DNA of 64,000 nt from Spirochaetia bacterium (GTDB lineage: Bacteria > Spirochaetota > Spirochaetia > SZUA-6 > Bin103): positions 6,784,001 to 6,848,000 of the forward strand of contig CBDBDQ010000005.1 in assembly GCA_965203905.1 (NCBI GenBank), in the 5' to 3' direction. The notes under the pieces were generated by a model that saw only the letters and a program-made list of their open reading frames with translations, was not told where the DNA came from and ran no database searches. The first letter of the stretch is position 1, and the number at the start of each line of letters is the position of its first letter. This document shows, one piece after another, positions 27,966 to 37,479 of the stretch. A program made the position numbers and the translations under genes.

Positions 27966-28424
27966 TCAGCCGCCGACCTGCTCCAGCGCGTTGGGGACGG
28001 TCGCCTCCGGCTTCACCCCGTACCACACCGCCTCCAGGTTGCCGCCTTCATCCACCAGGAACGAAGAGCGGTTGATCCCCATGTAGGTGCGGCCGTAGCG
28101 CGTGCGCTCGCCCCACACGCCGTACGCCTCGGCTACCTGGTGGTCGGCGTCGGCGAGCAGCGGGAAACCGAGCTCGAACTTGTCGTCGAACTTCTTCTGG
28201 TCCTTGGGGGTGTCGGGGCTGATGCCCACGGCGGCCACGTTGCGGCCCTCCAGATCGGAGCGGGCGTCGCGCACCGCGCACGACTGGCGGGTGCAGCCGG
28301 GGGTGTCGGCGCGCGGGTAGAAGTAGATCAGCAGCTTGCGGCCGCGGTAGTCGGCGAGGGTGTGGGTGGCACCATCCTGGTCGCTGAGAGAGAAATCGGG
28401 GGCGGGATCGCCTGTCTGCAACAT
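27966..28424 (-). CDS. bcp: Peroxiredoxin Bcp/PrxQ
   Basis: GDPAPDFSL, YFYPRADTPGCTRQSC, GISPD, RSSFLVDE. Confidence 0.93.
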   Translation of the reverse strand: MLQTGDPAPDFSLSDQDGATHTLADYRGRKLLIYFYPRADTPGCTRQSCAVRDARSDLEGRNVAAVGISPDTPKDQKKFDDKFELGFPLLADADHQVAEAYGVWGERTRYGRTYMGINRSSFLVDEGGNLEAVWYGVKPEATVPNALEQVGG

Positions 28425-28574
28425 ATCGGTGGCAGTATATCCATCGGCGCCGGCATCTGGACACCGGCGCGCGCCGCGGCCGCGGCGCTGTTCAACGCGC
28501 GCTTCGCCGCGTACGATCCGGCCAACGATCCGGACGCCCGCCGCCGGCGCGAGCGCCCGCTGCAAGAGGCCGCC

Positions 28575-29555
28575 ATGTACATCGGGACCCAGTTCGGCTG
28601 CCGCCACGACACCGACATCCAGGTGCTCGCCCAGTTGGGGGTGATGCACGTCGACCAGACGCCCGCGGAGCCGTGGCAGGAGTGGAGCGCGGACTCGCTC
28701 AAGGCGCTGCGCGACCGATTTGCCAGACATGGCATCGAGTTGGAGATGATCCACGTGCCGATGAGCTCGCGCCCGGCGCTGGAGGATGAAGCCGGCGCCA
28801 TCTTCCTCGGTGCCAGTGACGCGCGCGACCGTCAGATCGAGCACATGTGCGAGACGGTGCGCATGGCGGCCGCCGCGGGGCTGCGCGGGATCAACTACAA
28901 CATCACCCTGCTGGGGCACCTGCGCACCGAATCGCGTTACGGGCGCGGCGGGGCCACGCTCTCCTCCTTCGAGCTGGCCAGGCTTGACCAGTCGCTCGGC
29001 GAGTTCGAGGGCGGCGCGGCCGACGAAGACACCATGTGGGAGCGGATCGACCACTGGCTGCGCAACGTCATCCCCGTGGCCGAGGAGTACGGCATCCAGA
29101 TGGCGTGCCACCCGTCGGACCCGGGCATCGGCTACGGGGTGCAGTACCGCGGGGTGGCCCGCGTCCTGGGCATGGTGGACGGGTTCAAGAAGCTGATCGA
29201 CCTCTACGACAGCCCGTACAACGGCCTCAACTTCTGCCTCGGCTGCTTCTCGGAGGCGCTGGAGAACCCGGCCGAGGAGATCTACGACGTGATCCGCTAC
29301 TTCGGCGTGCGCAACAGGATCTTCAACGTCCACTTCCGCAACATCAAGGGCGGACTCGGTGACTTCGTGGAGGTGTTCCCGGACGAGGGCGACGTCGACA
29401 TGCTCAAGGCGCTGCGCACCTTCAAGGAGGTGGGCTACCGCTACATGATCATGCCCGACCACGTCCCCGGCATCTCCGGCGCCGAGCCGCAGCAGGTCGG
29501 CTTCGCCTACACCTACGGCTACATCCACGCCCTGCTGCAGGCCGTGGCAGCGTAA
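28575..29555 (+). CDS. uxuA: Mannonate dehydratase (UxuA-like)
   Basis: VIPVAEEYGIQMACHPSDP, NGLNFCLGC, VHFRNI, DEGDVDM, MPDHVP, AYTYGYI. Confidence 0.82.
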   Translation: MYIGTQFGCRHDTDIQVLAQLGVMHVDQTPAEPWQEWSADSLKALRDRFARHGIELEMIHVPMSSRPALEDEAGAIFLGASDARDRQIEHMCETVRMAAAAGLRGINYNITLLGHLRTESRYGRGGATLSSFELARLDQSLGEFEGGAADEDTMWERIDHWLRNVIPVAEEYGIQMACHPSDPGIGYGVQYRGVARVLGMVDGFKKLIDLYDSPYNGLNFCLGCFSEALENPAEEIYDVIRYFGVRNRIFNVHFRNIKGGLGDFVEVFPDEGDVDMLKALRTFKEVGYRYMIMPDHVPGISGAEPQQVGFAYTYGYIHALLQAVAA

Positions 29556-29638
29556 CCGGACCTGATTCGTCGCGGAACTGACTGAGCAACGAGCGCTTCA
29601 CAGACCTCCGAGAAATCGCATCTCGGCGCGGTGGAAAC

Positions 29639-30583
29639 TCACTCGCCGTTGTCGCCGAGATCCGTGAGACGGCGCTCCAGTTCCGCGATGCGCTCCTCGG
29701 CCGCGGCGCGCTCCGTCCGTTCTCGCTCCAGCGCCGCGCGTTCTCGCTCCAGCGCCACGTCCTTCTCGGCCAGAGCCGCATCCTTCTCCGCCAGCGCGGC
29801 GTCCTTCGCCGCGCTCTCCCGCTTCATCCGCCCCCACGTCTCCGCGACCTCGTCCTCCAGCGCCATCGAGTCCGCCACCTCCACGCTCGCCACGGCTCCC
29901 TCCAGCCGCCGCAGCACCGGCGCGTAGACCTCCGGTATCTCCCGCTCGTCCACCTCCAGCACGTGCCGGTCGCCCGGCACCCGCAACTCCTGGTCGAACA
30001 CGCTCAGCAATCGCTCCAGGTCCGACCTCCGCCGCGACGCCAGCAGCGGCACCTGCACCACCCAGCAGTCGTGGCTCAACGCTTCCACGAACTCCTCCCG
30101 CTCGCTCAGTCGCTCCCCGCTTACGCCGTCCACGTACTCCCGCGCCACTCGCAGCACCGTCGCCGCCGTGCGCGGCAGGCATTCCCCAAGGATGTAGATC
30201 GCCCGTAGCGGCCGGTGCCGCCGCCGTCCGTCCGCGCCCTCGTCGTAGTTGTCGCGGTCGGCGTAGTGGCGGCCCAGATACTCCCGGAACCGCATCACCT
30301 CGTCGGTGAAGCGCGCCTTCTGCACTTCCACCAGCACCCGCAGCCGCTCGCCCGCCGCGGTGCGCACCGTGGCCGCGAAGTCCACCCGTCGCACCGTCAG
30401 GATCTCCCCCGACGGCGGCTCGCCCGCCGCCGCCGGCGACGGCCGCCCCGCACGCTCCTGCGGCAGCGCCTCCAGGCTCACCACTTCCTCGCCCAGCACG
30501 GCCCCGACCAGCAGTCGCGCCGCTGCCTGGTCTTCCATCAGGTACTTGCAGGCAGCGTCGTACATCGGGTTGGCGATACGCAT
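29639..30583 (-). CDS. Rpn-like PD-(D/E)XK nuclease-family protein with C-terminal coiled-coil heptad repeats
   Basis: IANPMYDAACKYLMED, RVDFAA, LVEVQKA, RFREYLG; C-term KDAALAE and ALERER repeats. Confidence 0.72.
   Translation of the reverse strand: MRIANPMYDAACKYLMEDQAAARLLVGAVLGEEVVSLEALPQERAGRPSPAAAGEPPSGEILTVRRVDFAATVRTAAGERLRVLVEVQKARFTDEVMRFREYLGRHYADRDNYDEGADGRRRHRPLRAIYILGECLPRTAATVLRVAREYVDGVSGERLSEREEFVEALSHDCWVVQVPLLASRRRSDLERLLSVFDQELRVPGDRHVLEVDEREIPEVYAPVLRRLEGAVASVEVADSMALEDEVAETWGRMKRESAAKDAALAEKDAALAEKDVALERERAALERERTERAAAEERIAELERRLTDLGDNGE
29718..29810. repeat. Degenerate 21-nt tandem repeats encoding 7-aa heptads
   Basis: CGTTCTCGCTCCAGCGCC(G/A)CG x2 followed by about three TCCTTCTC-GCCAG-GC-GC units. 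Confidence 0.7.
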
Positions 30584-30787
30584 CGCTTCACATTAGCTCT
30601 CCCCAGCACCGCCGGCAAGCGCTCACCTCTCACTCTGGCGCCTCTCGCGTGACGCGCGGGAGCAATCGGGCCCCCTGTTCTGCCGACCGGTCCGAGGCGA
30701 GGCACTGAGGTGTCCCGTGAGCGCAGGGCCGAGTGGTGCGCAACTTGGGGTCGCACCCCGGCGCGTGTGGTAGGTTGACCGCCCACT

Positions 30788-33020
30788 ATGCGCATCCATC
30801 ACAATGCCAGATCGATCGCCGGGCGTTGGAAGTTCGCCACCGATCCGGACGGCCGCGGCGACTTCCAGGAGCCTCGCGAGCTGGCAGCGCGAGGTCACCT
30901 GGTTCGACCGCGAGCATGACGACACCGACTGGAACGAGATAGCCGTCCCGGCCTGCTGGCAGACCGAGGGCTACCGGTACAATGGCATCGCCTGGTACCG
31001 CACCCGCTTCGACTACGCGCCGGACGGCACCAATAACGTAATCCGGCTCCTGTTCAAGGGCGTCGACTACTTCGCCGACGCCTGGCTGAACGGCTACTAC
31101 CTCGGCTCCCACGAAGGGTTCTTCCACCGCTTCGCGTTCGACGTCTCGCGCTGGATCAGGCCGGGGAAGAACCTGCTGACCGTGAAGGTGGACGCTCCGA
31201 ACCTGAAGCGGCTGCTGGTGAAGGGAGCGCTGCAGGGCATCAACTGGGACTGCAACGACCCCACCCTCGATCCCGGCGGCATCTGGAACGACGTGCAGCT
31301 CCTCGCCAGCCGCGACCTGTACCTCGAAGACCTCAAGGTCACCCCCTACCTCGACCTGGAGGGCAACTCGGCCCGCGTCCTGTGCCGCGTCACCGTCTGC
31401 AACCCCACCGGGGAGATCAGGGAGGTCTCGGTAACCGGCACACTGGCGCCGCACAACTTCGCTGGCGAATCGCACACCGCCGGTGCGGCGGCGGTCCTGC
31501 CGCCCGGCGTGTCACAGGTTGACCTGTGGCTGGAGCTGGAGGATCCGAAGCTCTGGTGGCCGTGGGACATGGGCGCGCAGAACCTGTACGACGTGGCCGT
31601 TTCGGTGACCGACGCCGAAGGCGAGCTCGACCGGCTCGGCGACCGCATCGGCCTGCGCCACCTGCGCAAGGAGCACCCGAACGGCTGGGCCTGCCACCTG
31701 AACGGCAAGCGCATCTTCTGCCGCGGCCCCAACTACGTGTCGGAGCAACTCCAGTCCACCATGACCCGCGAGCGCTACGAGTTCGACGTGCAGCTCATGA
31801 AGGACGCAAACATGAACATGGTGCGCTCCTATTGCGTCGTCGAACGCGAGGAATTCTACGACGTGTGCGACGAGAAGGGCGTCATGGTGTACCAGGATTT
31901 TCCGACGACCGGCCGCATGAGCAACCGCGGCGACTACCTGCGCCGCGCCGTGCAGCAGGGCCGGCGCATGATCAACCAACTCTACCACCACCCGTCGATC
32001 GTGCTCTGGAGCTGGGGCTCGCAACCGGGCATCAAGAACTTCGAGAAGCTGTGCCTGGCGCTGGCCAACGCCTGCGCCGAGGAGGACCCGCACCGCTTCA
32101 TCCAGCAGGGCGCCAGCGTCTTCGAGTGGCGCATCGCCAAGGAGAAGTTCGACTGGCCGATCGACTTCCACCTGCTGGCCGGCTGGTTCCACCCCGCCGA
32201 CCGCTTCGGTCCGTTCCTGGCGATGGAGCGCGACGAGTGCAACTCCGGCTACTCGGTAGAGGAGTTGAAGATCAAGCGCAAGGAGCTGCTGCAGTTCGTC
32301 AGCGAATACGGCCCGCCGGAAGCGCTGCCGGACCTGCCGTCACTGGAGCAGATCATTCCCGAGGCGGACCGCTGGCCGCCCAACTGGGACACCTACGCCC
32401 ACCACTGCCTGCACGGCGACATCCTGCGCCGCTGGATTGGCGAGCCGGCCAGCCTGGAGCAGCTCATCCGCGACAGCCAGGAGCACCAGGCGTTCCACCT
32501 CAAGTACCACACCGAGTTCTACCGCCGCCACAAGTTCCGCCCCTGCAACGGCGCCCTGTTCTTCCACTTCAAGGACTGCTGGCCGGCGGTCACCGCCGCG
32601 GTGGTCGACTACTACGGGCGCCGCAAGCCGGCCTACTACACCCTCCAGCAGGCCTTCAACCCGATCCACGTACTGATGGACTGGCCGCCCCTGGCCGGCG
32701 AGGCACCCGGCACCGAGTTCCGCCGCGACCTGTTCGTGGTCAACGACTTCCACCACCCCTACCCCGCCCTGCAGGTCAAGTGGCAGATCCGCGACGCCTC
32801 CGGCGCCCCGCTCCTGGACCAGGAAATCCGCTGCAGCGTCGCGTCCAACTCGCTCACCAAGGTCGCCACCGTAGCCTGGACCATCCCGCCGACCCCCGAC
32901 GCCCGCTACCGCATCACCTTCGAGTTGAACGCCCCAGGCGGCACCCTGTCCAGCAACGAGTACCGCCTCGCCGTCCAGGGGAGCTCCCCCATCACCCCCT
33001 GGCGCGGCTGGGTTCCATAG
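30788..33020 (+). CDS. Glycoside hydrolase family 2 (beta-mannosidase-like); probable frameshift near 30870
   Basis: GIAWYRTRF, FKGVDY, GSHEGFF, GGIWNDV, PKLWWPWDMG, NGKRIFCRGPNY, HPSIVLW, FVSEYG; the typical N-term SIAGRWKFATDP is in a different frame starting at ATG 30788. Confidence 0.85.
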
Positions 33021-33286
33021 GCGGATGACACACACGACTGACACACCCGTTCAGTCCCACTATCGTCTCAAGTGCGAGCCATGGTCCACCCACGACGAGT
33101 TACGGCGCTTCCAGAAACCGGAAGGCCAACATGTTACGATCGGCGCCAACATTCGAGTGCAGCGCCGACGCGGGAATCTTTAGTCTCGTTGAGTCTACAG
33201 CAAGGGTTACTGGAAGTGTCTGGAGTCGATGATGGTAACTATGTAGTTGCCATCCAGGGAATCTCGAACTGGAAGACTACAAACGA

Positions 33287-33943
33287 ATGCATACATTACT
33301 GAACTCCGAGTCACTACCATATCTCATTGTCTTTGTGTTGCCAGGGTACCTCTCCTGGAGCGTATGGCGAGTCTTGTTTCCGGTTCGGACAACGCGTGTG
33401 GCCGATAGTCTGATTGCCATCGTTATGGCTGGGTTGGTCAATAGCTTTCTTGTTGGCTGGGTGATACCCGAAGTACGAGTGCTCGACAGTCTGTTCGGGC
33501 AAGTGGCCGCGTTCGCGGGTGTGTACCTGGTTGCTCCTGTCCTGTGGCCACTTATCATACGAGCGCTTCTTCAGATCCCGTTCGTGAAGCAGCGTATCGT
33601 GCATCCGATCCCGAAGGCGTGGGACTATTTCTTCGGATTGCACGTCCCATGTTTCGTCCTCGCACGACTCAAGAATGGCGCGCTTTTGGGAGGAGTCATG
33701 GGAAGTCGGTCATTCGCCTCGTCCTACCCGAGCGACGAAGATCTCTACTTGGAGCAGCTATGGAGTGTAACAGACCAAGGGCAATTCCTGTCTCCCCTTC
33801 CGGATACGAAAGGAGCTTTGATCTCTCGCAGCGATTGCGAGTACATTCAATTCATCGAGATGATGAGGAGGAGCAATGGCAACGAAAGACACACCTCGTC
33901 CGCTTCCGGAAAACCTAAGAAAGGGCTACCAGCCCCTCGGTGA
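33287..33943 (+). CDS. DUF6338-like membrane protein
   Basis: LIVFVLPGYLS, about three TM segments, HPIPKAWDYFF, FVLARLKNG...GGVMGSRSFASSYP...DLYLEQLW; lower GC than flanks. Confidence 0.75.
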   Translation: MHTLLNSESLPYLIVFVLPGYLSWSVWRVLFPVRTTRVADSLIAIVMAGLVNSFLVGWVIPEVRVLDSLFGQVAAFAGVYLVAPVLWPLIIRALLQIPFVKQRIVHPIPKAWDYFFGLHVPCFVLARLKNGALLGGVMGSRSFASSYPSDEDLYLEQLWSVTDQGQFLSPLPDTKGALISRSDCEYIQFIEMMRRSNGNERHTSSASGKPKKGLPAPR

Positions 33944-34139
33944 CGACTACACACCCATACAGCGACGGGGCTACCAGCCGAATGAAAGCGGCTCCGGAGA
34001 GATTATCCCACCTCCGGCCGGTGCGATTGCTGGAGATGTGAATCCACCCGCACCCACAGCAGAACCACAGAGCGATAGTTCGCAGCAAGCCGACACGGCA
34101 CCCCCCGCCGGCGCATCGGCGTCTGACGACGAGACCTAA
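33876..34139 (+). CDS. Small Pro-rich protein with two (K/R)GYQP motifs
   Basis: Strong GAGGAGGAG SD directly upstream; LRKGYQP and QRRGYQP, then PPP-rich acidic tail. Confidence 0.7.
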   Translation: MATKDTPRPLPENLRKGYQPLGDDYTPIQRRGYQPNESGSGEIIPPPAGAIAGDVNPPAPTAEPQSDSSQQADTAPPAGASASDDET

Positions 34140-34237
34140 GCCAGCGGCGGCGACAACCGCCACTTCCTCACCAGAGTCGGGTTGACCATCTGACGGCGCC
34201 GACGTTCGTCCGCACGGCAGCGTCGCCCGCCTCGTGA

Positions 34238-34591
34238 ATGTGGCAGAGCTTCTTGGGAGTGGCGCCCAGCCACCTGGACGCCACCTTCTTCCGCATGCGC
34301 TTCGATCGCTTGATCGTGCTGCAGCAGAAGTACCTGCGCGCCATGGCCGAACTCGGACCGGGACCGCACCAGATCGGGCAGATCGCCACCACTCTGGGCG
34401 TCGGAGCAGCATCCGTGGCAACGGTCCGGCAGCAACTGGTGAACAAGGGCATGGCCTGGAGCCAGCGCCGCGGGGAGACCGCGTTCACCGCACCGCTGTT
34501 CGACAGCTTCTTGAAACGCCAGATGCCGACCCTCGAAAAACACGTACCGGCGCGCCGCGCACGATCCACACGGCGTCGGTATCGTTCATGA
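34238..34591 (+). pseudogene. C-terminal winged-helix remnant of an AAA ATPase
   Basis: LDATFFRMRFDRL...YLRAMAELGPGPH...IATTLG...QLVNKGMAWS...GETAFTAPLFDSFLKR; no Walker A part upstream. Confidence 0.7.
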
Positions 34592-34601
34592 ACGCTCGGC
34601 C

Positions 34602-37427
34602 ATGACGGGACGCAATACCCCGCAGCGGTATCGGCCGAGCCCTCTCGGCTTGGTCGTCGTCGCGCTGGCTGCCCTATTGCAGCCGGCGACGCTTGCGGCT
34701 GTCAGCTACGAGTTCGACCTGACCTACGACCCGGCCGCGGCGGTCGTCGCCGGTACCCAGGTGATCTCCTTCAGCCGCGCGGAATTCGGTGACGAGGCGG
34801 TGCTGCTCCTGCTGAACAACGCCGGCGCCGTACCCAACCCGCATGAGAATCCGTTGATGCAGGATCTGCGCTACCAGTCCGGGTTCGAGGCGGGCTACAC
34901 GCGGATCGTGAGCATCGTCGACGCGCTCGGCGCCACAGTGCCGTTCGAGGAGTTCACGCCGCCGGCGCACGGCCGCCTGTTCACCTATCCCATGCCCGGC
35001 CTGGCCGTGCGGCTGCGGCTGCCGGCGCGCGACCGCTACCGGCTCAGCGTCGCGTTTCGGACTCGCCTGCCTGCGCTGCGCGCGGGAGACTTCACCAGCC
35101 GCGAAGGCGTGTTCGTGCAGCGCTTCGCCTGGTATCCGCGCCTCTACCCGCACCCGGATCGGTTCACGCTGCCGCCGATCGACAGTTACCGCGTGCGCAT
35201 CGTCGTCCCGCCCGGCTACCGGGTGATCTCGCACGACGAGCGCGCCGTGCCGGTGGCGAACGGAGCCGCCTACGTGATCGAACGGCGGTCGCCGTCGGTT
35301 ACCATTCCGCTGACCATCTTTCCCGAGGACCGCTTCCAACTCGTCGAGGACGCATCCGCGCACGTGGCCGTGCGCCTGTTCCATCGTCCCGGCCACGAGC
35401 GCCAGGCGCACAAGCTCGCCCGCTACGCCGCCGAGGCGCTGGACCACTACGCGGGCACCCTCGGGCCGCTGGACTATCGCCGCATCACCATCGTGGAGGG
35501 GGTGCGGCCGGGCGCATGGGGCATGGCCGCGGACGCTTTCGTGATGCTGGGGAGCGGCGCGTTCAACGCCGACCTGCCGTCCCCGGAGCTCTGGAACCGC
35601 GTGCTGGAATTCCTGGTGGCGCACGAGATCGGGCACTTCTACTTCGGCATTGGCACGGCCGTGGACTTCATCAGCGACAACTGGCTCAGCGAGTCGCTCA
35701 CCCAGTACGTCACGCTGGACTACCTGGAGCGGAAGTACGGCGCGGACGACAACCTGGTCCCCGGTGACGCCGGTGCGGCAGGCGCCATCGCCCGCGGCCT
35801 GCTGGGCCACCGCAGCTTCCGCGAGCGGCTGGTGACCCGGTTCCACGCGCTGCGCAAGGATGGCTTCGACTTCCCGGTGGCAAGCGACGTGGACGTCCAG
35901 AACCAGAACGGCCTGACCGCGGTGATCTACGACAAGGGTGCCCTGGCCGTGCGCCAACTCGCCACCGAGATGGGCAAGGACGCCTTCGACGAAGCCCTGC
36001 GCGAGTATGCCCGCCAGTACCGACACCAGTTCACGGACACCGGGCAGTTCCTCGCCCACCTGGAGGAGCACCGGCCGGGCATGCGTAGCATCGGCGAGCA
36101 GGTGCTGACCACCGACCGCTATCCCGACTACGCCGTGGCCGGGGTGGCATACGAGGGGAACCTGGCTCGGATCACGATCCGCGACCACGGTGACAGCGGC
36201 CTGAGCGCACTGGTGAGGGTCGTCGTGGAGGACGCCGGAGAAGGCGAGCGGACCGTCGACTTCACGGTGCGCGGCACGGAGATGCTGGAAGTGGCCGGCC
36301 GCGTGCGCAGCGTGGAGATCGACCCGGCGTGGTACACGCTCGACATCGACCGCAAGAACAACCACCACCCGCGCAGGGTGAATTGGGTGTTCCAGCCGCA
36401 CAGCCGCCACGAGGCCGACCGGGTCGGTTTCGACCTGCGATTGTTCGAGCTGTCGCCGGACGCGCTGCGCATGGGGGGCGGAGTCGGCTACTGGTCCACC
36501 GGGATGGTGTCGTACGGGCTGAGCGCCGGGGGCGCCGCCCGGGTCGAGCCGGCCACGCCCGGCGGGTGGCTCACGAACCTTCCCGTGGTGGGACCGGGGG
36601 CTTATGCCACGGCAGAGCTGTCGCTGCCACGCGGCGCGCGCGTCGCGGCCCTCTTCACCTGGTACGGCGCAGAAGACTGGGGCGGCTCATTCGCACTCCG
36701 GCAGCCGCTGCCCACGCCGCTGGAGGTGGGCACCCGGCCGACCGTTTACGACAGCGGCCTGTCGCTGGCGGCCGGGCTGAACGTCGATCAACGCCCGGGT
36801 CTGGAGCCGTGGATCGGGCTGGATTCCTTGCGGCTGCCCGGAGCCGTGCCCCACTTCGCATCGCTGCGGCACCAGTTCAAGGTGCTGCCACGTGCCGGCA
36901 CCTGGTCGCTGCAATCGAGTCTGGCGGCGGCGGTGCCGCTGCGCATCGTGCCACGCGTGTACCTGGTGCCGAGTGTCGACCTGGGTGCCGACTGGCGCTT
37001 GTTCGGCATCGGCACCGCGCCGCCGGAAGGCGTGGAGAGCCGGTTGCGCGCCGGCGACCGGAGCGGGGCCGGCGGGCAGCCGGCGACCGGGCGCGCCTAT
37101 GGCGGTCTGGATCTGCTGGTCCCGCTGGTCGGCGGGCGCGAGGACCGGCTCCTGGACCTGGTGGTGTTCCGCAGCCTCACGGCTGCGCTCTACTTCGAAG
37201 CGGAGAACCGATTCACGGCGTTCCCGGCGCTCGGCGACCGACGGGAGTGGAGTCCGCATGCGGGAATCGAGCTGAGCGCGGGCATTACCTCGCTGATCGA
37301 CCTGCCCCTGGCGATCGCCGGCGGGCTCGACGTGCCCCTGCGCACCGCTGGCGACCCGTCAACGTGGCGCGTCTTCCTGTCGGCGAACCTGCCGCTTCGC
37401 CTCTATACCCAGCTATTGGCCGATTGA
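34602..37427 (+). CDS. Secreted M1-family (gluzincin) metallopeptidase with long C-terminal beta-rich extension
   Basis: Signal peptide; WYP; AHEIGHFYFG...WLSESL (HEXXH-18-E); YDKGAL; VEIDP...DIDRKNN; about 350 aa amphipathic beta-strand-like C-terminus. Confidence 0.82.
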   Translation: MTGRNTPQRYRPSPLGLVVVALAALLQPATLAAVSYEFDLTYDPAAAVVAGTQVISFSRAEFGDEAVLLLLNNAGAVPNPHENPLMQDLRYQSGFEAGYTRIVSIVDALGATVPFEEFTPPAHGRLFTYPMPGLAVRLRLPARDRYRLSVAFRTRLPALRAGDFTSREGVFVQRFAWYPRLYPHPDRFTLPPIDSYRVRIVVPPGYRVISHDERAVPVANGAAYVIERRSPSVTIPLTIFPEDRFQLVEDASAHVAVRLFHRPGHERQAHKLARYAAEALDHYAGTLGPLDYRRITIVEGVRPGAWGMAADAFVMLGSGAFNADLPSPELWNRVLEFLVAHEIGHFYFGIGTAVDFISDNWLSESLTQYVTLDYLERKYGADDNLVPGDAGAAGAIARGLLGHRSFRERLVTRFHALRKDGFDFPVASDVDVQNQNGLTAVIYDKGALAVRQLATEMGKDAFDEALREYARQYRHQFTDTGQFLAHLEEHRPGMRSIGEQVLTTDRYPDYAVAGVAYEGNLARITIRDHGDSGLSALVRVVVEDAGEGERTVDFTVRGTEMLEVAGRVRSVEIDPAWYTLDIDRKNNHHPRRVNWVFQPHSRHEADRVGFDLRLFELSPDALRMGGGVGYWSTGMVSYGLSAGGAARVEPATPGGWLTNLPVVGPGAYATAELSLPRGARVAALFTWYGAEDWGGSFALRQPLPTPLEVGTRPTVYDSGLSLAAGLNVDQRPGLEPWIGLDSLRLPGAVPHFASLRHQFKVLPRAGTWSLQSSLAAAVPLRIVPRVYLVPSVDLGADWRLFGIGTAPPEGVESRLRAGDRSGAGGQPATGRAYGGLDLLVPLVGGREDRLLDLVVFRSLTAALYFEAENRFTAFPALGDRREWSPHAGIELSAGITSLIDLPLAIAGGLDVPLRTAGDPSTWRVFLSANLPLRLYTQLLAD

Positions 37428-37479
37428 CCGGCCGCGGCGCAGGAGGCAATCTCGTTCGAACGGTTCCTTGTAAGCCGGG

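Noticed and set aside
28471-28488. Perfect 18-bp palindrome GCGCCGCGGCCGCGGCGC between divergent bcp and uxuA
   Set aside because: Pure G/C low-complexity sequence, plausible by chance at this GC content, with no second copy seen
27963-29555. Extended 530-aa and 520-aa ORFs for uxuA and bcp
   Set aside because: The extensions are each other's antisense strands; real starts are at 28575 and 28424
33072-33302. 76-aa ORF upstream of the DUF6338-like gene as a third cassette member
   Set aside because: No SD, motif or clear codon bias; cannot be supported from sequence alone
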